Position numbers and translations under genes: made by a program. Below, piece after piece: positions 29,837 to 37,493 of a stretch of 64,000 nt of DNA; position 1 is the first letter of the stretch; each line of letters starts with the position of its first letter. Below the pieces are notes generated by a model that did not search any database, was not told where the DNA came from, and was given only the letters and a program-made list of their open reading frames with translations. Location of the stretch: assembly GCA_045541035.1 (NCBI GenBank), contig JAZQII010000038.1:1598-65597 (forward strand), given 5' to 3'. The stretch comes from Clostridia bacterium (GTDB lineage Bacteria > Bacillota > Clostridia > Christensenellales > QALW01).

Positions 29837-30415
29837 ATGAAAATAGGAATTTTGGGCGGAAGTTTTGATCCTGTTCATCTTGCACATATAGATATGGCAG
29901 AAAAATGTATGGCAGAATTTGATCTTGATAAAATCATGTTTCTTCCATCAAGCGATCCGCCCCACAAAAAAAACATAACGAAAAAAGAGATCCGTATCGA
30001 AATGCTTGAAAAAGCACTTGAAAAATTTCCGCGGTTTTATTTAAGCACGTTGGAAACTGAAAGAGCAGGCAAAACATATACGTTCGATACTGCATTATGG
30101 CTTAAAGAAAACACGAAAGATCAATATTTTTATATTATCGGCGGTGATTCTTTAAACACGCTTCATTCATGGTATAGGGCAGAAGAGCTGTTTAAACTTA
30201 TTGAGTTTATTGTTGTTGACCGTCAGCACGTTGAAGAAGACAGTACTTTGGCTGAAAAAATGGGCGCAAAGATTCACTTCTCAAAACATACGGGCCTTGA
30301 TATTTCTTCAACGGAAGTCAGAAACAAAGTTTTAAAAAACCAAAGCATAAAAGATCTTGTGCCGTCAGGCGTTATGGAGATTATAGAAAAATATGGATTA
30401 TATAAAAATCTGTGA
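29837..30415 (+). CDS. nadD: Nicotinate-nucleotide adenylyltransferase
   Basis: GILGGSFDPVHLAH (HxGH-type) motif, 192 aa. Conserved nadD-yqeK-rsfS order. Confidence 0.95.
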   Translation: MKIGILGGSFDPVHLAHIDMAEKCMAEFDLDKIMFLPSSDPPHKKNITKKEIRIEMLEKALEKFPRFYLSTLETERAGKTYTFDTALWLKENTKDQYFYIIGGDSLNTLHSWYRAEELFKLIEFIVVDRQHVEEDSTLAEKMGAKIHFSKHTGLDISSTEVRNKVLKNQSIKDLVPSGVMEIIEKYGLYKNL

Positions 30416-30944
30416 ATTTAAAGAAAAACTAAAAAGGGAACTGAAACCGCAACGGTATGAGCATACAATGAGCACAGTTCTAAAGGCAATGGAACTTTGC
30501 CAAGGCACAAAGGCAGACCGTGATAAAGTGTATATTGCATCTCTTCTTCACGATTGCGCAAAATATAGATTTCCCGATGAAGAACAAAGAAAATTTTTAA
30601 AGGATTTTATTGATTTTGAACCTATAATTCACGGTCCGTTAGGTGCGATTATTGCAAAAGAAGAGTATGGGATTACCGATAAAAAAATTCTAAATGCAAT
30701 AAAATATCATTCAACGGGCAGACCAAACATGACGATTGAAGAAAAAATTGTGTGTCTTGCCGATGCCATTGAAGATTCACGGAACTATCCGAATCTTGAA
30801 AACATAAAAAATGAAACTAAAAAAAGCATTGAACACGGTCTTATTTGCTCTCTTTCGGGTGTTGTGGACTATGAAACATCAAGAGGCAATAAAATACATC
30901 ATCTTACAATAGAAACATTAGCATGGCTAAAGGAGAATTTATGA
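30393..30944 (+). CDS. yqeK: HD-domain protein YqeK (bis(5'-nucleosyl)-tetraphosphatase family)
   Basis: HT..V...A..L and LLHDCAK HD motifs, 183 aa, positioned downstream of nadD. Confidence 0.85.
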   Translation: MDYIKICEFKEKLKRELKPQRYEHTMSTVLKAMELCQGTKADRDKVYIASLLHDCAKYRFPDEEQRKFLKDFIDFEPIIHGPLGAIIAKEEYGITDKKILNAIKYHSTGRPNMTIEEKIVCLADAIEDSRNYPNLENIKNETKKSIEHGLICSLSGVVDYETSRGNKIHHLTIETLAWLKENL

Positions 30945-31294
30945 ACAAGAAAGAACTTACTGAAAAAATCTGCACGTATGCACTTGATAAAAAGGCTGAA
31001 AACGTAGTGGTCATCGATATTTCAGGGATGACGGTGGTTGCCGATAATTTTATAATCTGTTCAGCATCATCTCATTCTCAGGTAAAGGCGATCTGCGATA
31101 ATATTGAAGAACAGATGAAAAAAATAGGGGAGAATCCCATAAAAATTGACGGCTATAACGAAGCGCGTTGGGTAGTTATGGATTATGCTGACGTTCTTGT
31201 GCACGTTTTCTATCAGGAAGACAGAGAATTTTATAATCTTGAACGTTTGTGGAATAACGGCAGTAACACGTATATTTATACCGACAAAAACTGA
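30941..31294 (+). CDS. rsfS: Ribosome silencing factor RsfS
   Basis: ..KKAENVVVIDISGMTVVADNFIICSASSHSQVKAI...W.V.DY.DVLVH.F... ATG at 30941, 5 nt after AAGGAG, overlapping the yqeK stop (ATGA). Confidence 0.9.
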   Translation: MNKKELTEKICTYALDKKAENVVVIDISGMTVVADNFIICSASSHSQVKAICDNIEEQMKKIGENPIKIDGYNEARWVVMDYADVLVHVFYQEDREFYNLERLWNNGSNTYIYTDKN

Positions 31295-31309
31295 CATAGT
31301 ATTTTAATT

Positions 31310-31337
31310 AACCGCACAAAAAATGCGGTTTTTTTTG
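31310..31337 (+). terminator. Intrinsic terminator after rsfS
   Basis: ACCGCA (31311-31316) / TGCGGT (31324-31329) followed by T8. Confidence 0.85.
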
Positions 31338-31366
31338 TTGCATTTTTACTAAAATTATGTTATACT
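31338..31366 (+). promoter_or_regulatory. Sigma-A type promoter for pgi
   Basis: TTGCAT (31338-31343), 17-nt spacer, TATACT (31361-31366). Confidence 0.55.
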
Positions 31367-31419
31367 TATTTAGAATGTATAACAATGGGTAAATTTTATT
31401 TCAAAAGAGGTTTAAAGAT

Positions 31420-32826
31420 ATGGAAAATATGAAATTGCGTTTAGATGTAAACAACATGATGGCAGATTATATTGGCGAAAAAGGTTTCACAAAGGAAGAC
31501 CTTGAAAATGCCATGCCCAAGGCAAAAGATGCTTATCAGTACGTTGTTAAAAACCGCGGAACGGGTATGATGGGTTGGACAGAACTTCCTTATAATCAGG
31601 ATGAAATTGTTGAGGATATTCTTGCAACCGCAAAAAAAATTCAGGAAAAATTCGATTATTTTGTTGTATTAGGTATCGGCGGAAGTGCATTAGGTCCCAT
31701 TGCAATTCAGCAGGCGCTTAATCATCTTCACTATAATGATCTTCCCAAAGAAAAGCGCAACGGCTGTCCTAAACTTTACGTTGAAGATAACGTTGATCCT
31801 GAAAGAATGGCAGCACTCTTTGACGTTATTGATCTTGAAAAAACTTGCTTTAACGTTATTTCAAAATCAGGCAGCACCAGCGAAACCATGACACAGTATC
31901 TTATCTTGTGGGATGCCCTTAAAAAGACTCTCGGTGATAAAGCAAGCGAGCATATTGTTGCTACAACCGATGCAGAAAAGGGTAATCTTATTAAACTTGC
32001 CAACAAGGAAGGCTTTAAAAAGTACGTTATTCCCGATGGCGTTGGCGGCAGATTTTCTGAAATGTGCCCCGTAGGTCTTCTTGCTGCTGCAGTTTGCGGT
32101 ATTGATATTAAAGCAATGCTTCAGGGCGCTGCTTACATGGATAAACTTGCAAACAGCGATAACATCTATGAAAACTCACCTCTTATGGCTGCAACAATGC
32201 AGTATCTTGCAATGAACAGAGGCTATAATATTTCAGTTATGATGCCTTATGCTGACTCACTTAAATATATGGCTGACTGGTATTGCCAGCTTTGGGGCGA
32301 ATCTTTAGGTAAGAAAAACGATCTTGACGGAAATGTTGTAAATGTTGGACAAACCCCCGTTAAAGCGTTGGGTGTAACTGATCAGCACAGTCAGGTTCAG
32401 CTTTATACCGAAGGTCCTTTTGATAAAGTTATAACCATTTTAGGTGTAGATAATTACAGATGCGAAGTTAAAATTGCTGACGGTTGCGAAGATATTCCCG
32501 CAGTAAACTTCCTTTGCGGTCATACCATGAACGAACTTATCACCGCTGAAAGAAATGCAACCGAATATGCACTTTTAAAGAGCGGTCATCTTAACCATAC
32601 AATTATGCTTCCTGAAGTAAATGCATTTACCATTGGCGAACTTATGTATTTCTATGAGCTTGAAACTGCATACTGCGGTGCAATGCTCAACATAAATACC
32701 TTTGATCAGCCCGGTGTTGAAGAAGGCAAAAACGCAACTTATGCTCTTCTTGGCAGACCCGGCTATGAAGATAAAAAAACCGAACTTGAAAACAGACCCG
32801 AGAAATCCTCAAAATATATTATTTAG
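31420..32826 (+). CDS. pgi: Glucose-6-phosphate isomerase
   Basis: 468 aa, short Firmicutes-type PGI. LGIGGSALGP, ISKSGSTSET and GGRFSE motifs. Confidence 0.93.
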   Translation: MENMKLRLDVNNMMADYIGEKGFTKEDLENAMPKAKDAYQYVVKNRGTGMMGWTELPYNQDEIVEDILATAKKIQEKFDYFVVLGIGGSALGPIAIQQALNHLHYNDLPKEKRNGCPKLYVEDNVDPERMAALFDVIDLEKTCFNVISKSGSTSETMTQYLILWDALKKTLGDKASEHIVATTDAEKGNLIKLANKEGFKKYVIPDGVGGRFSEMCPVGLLAAAVCGIDIKAMLQGAAYMDKLANSDNIYENSPLMAATMQYLAMNRGYNISVMMPYADSLKYMADWYCQLWGESLGKKNDLDGNVVNVGQTPVKALGVTDQHSQVQLYTEGPFDKVITILGVDNYRCEVKIADGCEDIPAVNFLCGHTMNELITAERNATEYALLKSGHLNHTIMLPEVNAFTIGELMYFYELETAYCGAMLNINTFDQPGVEEGKNATYALLGRPGYEDKKTELENRPEKSSKYII

Positions 32827-32838
32827 TCAGGAGAATGA

Positions 32839-33558
32839 ATGATGGAAATCACGTTCGAAACTATTTTAAATGCAATCCGTAAGTCTATTGTAGTTTTGCT
32901 TATAGTTGCGGTTATTGCGGGCGCATTGGCATATGTTGTTAGCGCATTTGTTTTGCCTCCTACATACGTTTCAACAGTAAAACTCAATATTATCGGTACA
33001 AAGGAATCTGAAGGCGGCCTTGTTGAAAACAACAACAGTTGGGTATATGCAAACAGAATTATTAAAACTTGCGCAGGCATTCTTGAAACTAATGACTTTA
33101 AAGTGCTCGTGGCAAATAAAGCAGGTCTTGATCATAAACCGACTTATACAGTTTCCTTTGATGAAGACACCACTATTATCGCTATAAAGGTTCAGGAAAG
33201 TTCTCCTGAAGCAGCACTTAAAGTTGCTAAAACTATTTCCGAAGCGGCAAACGAGCATCTTGTTCAGATGAATGAATCTTCTGTTGTGGTAAAGGTTATT
33301 GAAACTCCTCAGCCTCCCAAAAAACCTTCAAGCCCCAATATAATGATGAACGTTGTTATCGTAGTTATTGCGGCAATGGCAGTAGTTCTTGTTATTCAGA
33401 TCCTTCGTGATATTCTGGGCACAACGGTCAAAGATGAAGATGAACTTCAGAAGCGTTATGAAATTCCCGTTATTGCTTCAATTCCCGATTTCAATGAAGC
33501 AATGCGCAACAGTTCAAAGTATTCCTATACCGAATATGTTTCAAGGGGGAATAAATAA
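32839..33558 (+). CDS. Wzz/CpsC/TkmA-type chain-length determinant (BY-kinase transmembrane modulator)
   Basis: N-terminal TM, extracytoplasmic domain, second TM (MMNVVIVVIAAMAVVLVIQIL) and a short cytoplasmic tail. Immediately upstream of the kinase gene with a 0-nt gap. The start could be 32839 or 32842. Confidence 0.8.
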   Translation: MMEITFETILNAIRKSIVVLLIVAVIAGALAYVVSAFVLPPTYVSTVKLNIIGTKESEGGLVENNNSWVYANRIIKTCAGILETNDFKVLVANKAGLDHKPTYTVSFDEDTTIIAIKVQESSPEAALKVAKTISEAANEHLVQMNESSVVVKVIETPQPPKKPSSPNIMMNVVIVVIAAMAVVLVIQILRDILGTTVKDEDELQKRYEIPVIASIPDFNEAMRNSSKYSYTEYVSRGNK

Positions 33559-34245
33559 ATGAATATTCAGAAGCCATACTCAAAATATAATAAATCAGGC
33601 AATGCAGAGTTTTTTACCGTTGAAGCATATAAACTTGCAAGAACGAATATTTCTCTTTCACTTATTAAAGAGGGATGCAAAAAGATCGTATTTACAAGTT
33701 CGGTTCCCGGTGAAGGAAAAACAACAACTTCTTGCAATATTGCTGCTGCATTCTCAAAGCAGATAAACACCAAAACTCTTGTTATCGATTGCGACCTTCG
33801 TAAACCTACCGTAGGTAAATTCTTTGGTCTTAAAAATAATCCGGGACTTACAAATTGCCTTAGCGGTATGTGCACACTTGATGATATTATTCAGGTCGTT
33901 CCAAACACTAACCTTTCGGTAGTTTGTTCAGGAATCATTCCGCCAAACCCATCTGAACTTCTTGCAAGCAAGCAGTTTGCAACAATCCTTGATGAACTTT
34001 CAACGCGCTTTGATTATATTATATTGGATACTCCTCCCGTAAATATCGTTGCTGACGTTTTGCCTGTTGTTGAGCAGGCTGACGGCGTAGTTATCGTTGC
34101 TTATGAAGACAGATCAAACTATTCTGAACTTGACAAGGCAATATCCAGCCTCAATCGTTGCAATGCTAAAATTTTAGGTTTTGTTCTTAACGGAAGCCGT
34201 AAAAAAGAGAAAAAGAACAGAAAGATCAAAAGTTACAGACAATGA
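33559..34245 (+). CDS. CpsD/PtkA-type bacterial tyrosine kinase (BY-kinase) catalytic subunit
   Basis: Walker A SSVPGEGKTTTS, Walker A' VIDCDLRKP, Walker B IILDTPP. The C-terminal tail is basic (KKEKKNRKIKSYRQ) with a single Tyr. Confidence 0.85.
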   Translation: MNIQKPYSKYNKSGNAEFFTVEAYKLARTNISLSLIKEGCKKIVFTSSVPGEGKTTTSCNIAAAFSKQINTKTLVIDCDLRKPTVGKFFGLKNNPGLTNCLSGMCTLDDIIQVVPNTNLSVVCSGIIPPNPSELLASKQFATILDELSTRFDYIILDTPPVNIVADVLPVVEQADGVVIVAYEDRSNYSELDKAISSLNRCNAKILGFVLNGSRKKEKKNRKIKSYRQ

Positions 34246-34928
34246 GATTCTTTGATGTTCACACACACATTTTGCCGAATATTGACGATGGTTCGGCAAG
34301 TGTAGAAGAAAGTAAGCAAATGATAGAAGTGCTTAAAAATCAGGGAATAACCGATATAATTCTCACTCCGCATTTTTATCATTATGAAATCACGCTGGAT
34401 CATTTTCTCGAAAAACGCAACGAAGCCTTTTCAAAGATTGAAGAAATTTTTAAGGATCTGGGTATAATACCTCATATCGGTGCGGAAGTTTATCTTATCA
34501 ATACGCTTTTCAGATATGATGATATTTCTGAACTTTGCATTGATAAAGGGCAATATATCCTTGTGGAACTTCCCTTTGATGAAAAAGATTCCCAGAAAGT
34601 TTTAAAGCAACTTCATAAACTTTCTGCCAATTATTATGTAAAACCCATACTTGCACATATAGAAAAATATCCTGCATTTTTTAATACGAGGTTTTTAACC
34701 GAAGTTAATAAATTGGGTTACGTTACGCAGATAGACGTTGATTCTTTAAAAAATCCTTTTAAAAAGAGAAAGATAATTAAATTTATTGAAAAAGGCTTGA
34801 TTCAACTTGTAGGTAGTGATTGTCATAATTTAAAGGACCGCAAGCCTGATCTTGAAGTTTTGAAAAGGACTGTCCCCGATATTATGGCGGAGTTTTTATT
34901 TAATAATTCAGATATTACTTTTGTGTAA
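34242..34928 (+). CDS. PHP-family protein-tyrosine phosphatase (CpsB/YwqE type)
   Basis: MRFFDVHTHILPNIDDG... HFY.. and ..GSDCHN motifs typical of CpsB. 4-nt overlap with the kinase gene. Confidence 0.88.
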   Translation: MRFFDVHTHILPNIDDGSASVEESKQMIEVLKNQGITDIILTPHFYHYEITLDHFLEKRNEAFSKIEEIFKDLGIIPHIGAEVYLINTLFRYDDISELCIDKGQYILVELPFDEKDSQKVLKQLHKLSANYYVKPILAHIEKYPAFFNTRFLTEVNKLGYVTQIDVDSLKNPFKKRKIIKFIEKGLIQLVGSDCHNLKDRKPDLEVLKRTVPDIMAEFLFNNSDITFV

Positions 34929-34933
34929 AAAAT

Positions 34934-34969
34934 GAGAGCAGACAAATGTCTGCTCTCTTAATTTTTTTT
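34934..34969. terminator. Intrinsic terminator, bidirectional
   Basis: GAGAGCAGAC (34934-34943) / GTCTGCTCTC (34948-34957), a T-run downstream and an A-run upstream. Lies between convergent genes. Confidence 0.85.
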
Positions 34970-34977
34970 ATCTTATT

Positions 34978-35883
34978 TTATTCTTCGGTTTCGTCTTCGA
35001 CTTCTTTGTTAAAATCTGATTCATCAATGATCTCATCATCAAGAGAATCATCAAAGTTTTTGAATGAAGTAATTACGCTTATGATCTTTTTGTTGATCTC
35101 GTCAGCGCATTCTTCATGAAGCATATGTCCGCAATCGGGAAGAGTTGCTGAATAAACTTCAGGTAAAGCATCTTCATAAAGTTCAAGCATATTGATAGGA
35201 TGCCAGGTGTCTTCTTCACCCCAGAATATGTATGCAGGTGCTTTTACGGAAGATAATTCATAGGCGATGTTTTCATCATCCCAATTGGAGTAAGCAAGAA
35301 TGCAGGCATCAAGATTTTCTTTTTTGGATAAAACCTTGTGATAATGGCGGATAACATCCTTTGTAACAAGAGTAGGATCAAAATATGCCTGATCGAGAAC
35401 GCTCTTTATCATTGACTGATTAAAGAAGGTGAATATAATGTCGGAAATAATAGGCGTTGAAAGATGTTTGATCAATGAAGGATAAGTCTTTGTAACGCCG
35501 CCGGGGGAAAGCAGGAATAATTGTTTAACGTATTGGGGGTATTTAATAGCAACGTCAAGAGCAATGATTGCGCCTGTAGAAAAGCCAAGAAGAGATGCTT
35601 TTTGAATTTCCATAGCGTTCATGAAATCAACTATAAGTTTTGAAAAGTCATCAATACTATAATCAATTTCAGGTTTTGAAGAAAAACCGTGCCCTAAAAG
35701 ATCAATTGAAATAACGTGGCAATGTTCAGATAAAACGCGAACGTTTTTTCTGAAAGTATACATTGCCTGACCGAGACCGTGAATGAGAATAAGAGTCTCA
35801 CCCTGACCTTCTTCAAAATAACGTATTCTGTATTCACCGATGTTTATATACTGTCCGCTGGATTTTTGTGTATTTTCGCTCAT
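34978..35883 (-). CDS. Alpha/beta hydrolase fold protein with acidic C-terminal tail
   Basis: HGLGQ oxyanion region, nucleophile elbow GFSTG, C-terminal His (CGHMLHEE). ATG at 35883, 8 nt after GGAGG; the track's TTG start lies in the RBS. Confidence 0.85.
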   Translation of the reverse strand: MSENTQKSSGQYINIGEYRIRYFEEGQGETLILIHGLGQAMYTFRKNVRVLSEHCHVISIDLLGHGFSSKPEIDYSIDDFSKLIVDFMNAMEIQKASLLGFSTGAIIALDVAIKYPQYVKQLFLLSPGGVTKTYPSLIKHLSTPIISDIIFTFFNQSMIKSVLDQAYFDPTLVTKDVIRHYHKVLSKKENLDACILAYSNWDDENIAYELSSVKAPAYIFWGEEDTWHPINMLELYEDALPEVYSATLPDCGHMLHEECADEINKKIISVITSFKNFDDSLDDEIIDESDFNKEVEDETEE

Positions 35884-35901
35884 TATTTTAACCTCCAAAA
35901 G

Positions 35902-37317
35902 TTAAAGAGTGGGTGTAATAAGATTTGATGTAGGCGCGCCTATTACATCAGATGGCGTGGCATAAAAGAAGTCGCTTTCGGGAATTAAGAAACCTTTTTG
36001 CAAATATCCTTCCATACCGCCTTGTGTTTTTACTTTAACCCAATTTTCATCAACAACGGAAAGAATTGTAACCTGAGTGCCGTTGGCGAGCGCCGCCTCA
36101 ACAACCGACGTGGTACTTGGTTTGTTTCTTAAACGCAAAGTGCTTTTTTGATCGGATAACTTAACTCTGTAAAGTGAGCCGGATTGAAAAGGTTCAACGG
36201 GGGCAGGCGTTACTACGTTCAACTGAGGTGCTTCCGTAGGTGCAGCCGTAACTGCAGGCGCTTCAGTTGCTTCCGAAGGATCGATTGCATCGGTAATTTC
36301 AGGATAAGGATTGCCGAACTGTTCGTCATTTTCGCCGTAATTAAGGCTGTCTTCAAGTTCTGTCATAGGATCGGGATAAACCATCTTGGCATGAACAATT
36401 ACTCTGTATTTACCGCTGGGATCGCAGGTTGAAAGAGTAAGTATGCGGTCGTAAGGCGTGAAAATAACGTTTGAATCCTTATAAACACCGCGGTTGTTGG
36501 TCTGATTACACCATTTAATAAAGGATGAGTTACTGTCAAAATCAACGTAAAGATACAAACTGTTGGGCGAAGTCTGATATACGCTGTAAATTTCGTATCT
36601 GTAAGTGCCGTAAAGAGTATCAAGGAAAATGTATTTGTGTGAATCGTAGTAAGCGCGTGTTCCTTTAAGGAAATTCTGAAGCGTTGCGAACATTGTTCCG
36701 TCGCGCATGTTGTGCCCGTGAATGATCAGGTTACGTGATACGGGGTTGATACTGCAGGCTGATGACATAAATAACGTACCTGAAGTTGACGGTGTGTGAT
36801 CGTAACTGTGTGTTAAATAATAATCTTTTTTGCCGTTTTCTTCAGCAATGGGGTAGTTGATGCCCATTCCGTACATATAGATCCATGCAGTAATATCTTC
36901 GTTGATGGATTTATTAAGGGACCAGAGCATTGACTGTTTATTTGTGTAACCTAATGCGCGTTCAAATTCAGTTGAAGCAAGCATATCTGAAGGCTTCATT
37001 CCGTTTACTTCCTCAAGAGGAGAAAGCAATAAGGGATCGAAACCGTCATTACCGGTAGTGCTGTAAAGGCTCAACCAATCAACGTTTAAAGGATCGTAAG
37101 TATCAAGACTTGGATCGTCAATATTACCACGGTCAGCAAGATCGCCGTATTTTGAATCGGCAAGAATCTCACTTATTCTTTTATCAAAAATGCTGAAACT
37201 GCAAATGGCAATAACCACAACGAGCACAATGGGAACGATTCTGAATATCATTGCGCGGATAAGTGAAGAATCAGCACGTTTTTTTCTTTTGATTTTAACG
37301 GGTTTATATTCGCTCAT
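35902..37317 (-). CDS. Class B-like sortase with long N-terminal region and C-terminal SH3b-like domain
   Basis: N-terminal TM anchor. LIIHGHNMRDGTMFATLQNF and LTLSTC catalytic motifs. P/T/A linker, then an SH3b-like segment (LYRVKL...LRLRNKPST...NWVKVKT.GGMEGYL). ATG at 37317 (MSEYKPV..) after GGAGG. Confidence 0.8.
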   Translation of the reverse strand: MSEYKPVKIKRKKRADSSLIRAMIFRIVPIVLVVVIAICSFSIFDKRISEILADSKYGDLADRGNIDDPSLDTYDPLNVDWLSLYSTTGNDGFDPLLLSPLEEVNGMKPSDMLASTEFERALGYTNKQSMLWSLNKSINEDITAWIYMYGMGINYPIAEENGKKDYYLTHSYDHTPSTSGTLFMSSACSINPVSRNLIIHGHNMRDGTMFATLQNFLKGTRAYYDSHKYIFLDTLYGTYRYEIYSVYQTSPNSLYLYVDFDSNSSFIKWCNQTNNRGVYKDSNVIFTPYDRILTLSTCDPSGKYRVIVHAKMVYPDPMTELEDSLNYGENDEQFGNPYPEITDAIDPSEATEAPAVTAAPTEAPQLNVVTPAPVEPFQSGSLYRVKLSDQKSTLRLRNKPSTTSVVEAALANGTQVTILSVVDENWVKVKTQGGMEGYLQKGFLIPESDFFYATPSDVIGAPTSNLITPTL

Positions 37318-37343
37318 CAAATAACCTCCACAAGGGTAAAAGT

Positions 37344-37419
37344 TTACAAAATATATTATACTACAAAATCGAAATTTTTGCACCATATATTTTTTAATAT
37401 TACAAAATATATTATACTA
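37344..37419 (+). repeat. 20-bp perfect direct repeat TTACAAAATATATTATACTA (two copies)
   Basis: Copies at 37344-37363 and 37400-37419, in the sortase/mutS2 divergent spacer. The reverse complement of each contains TATAAT. Confidence 0.8.
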
Positions 37420-37493
37420 TATAAATAAATCTATTGCAAGATATAGTTTTTTGTATTAAAATATCATTATAAAAGGGAAACGGAACGGAATTT

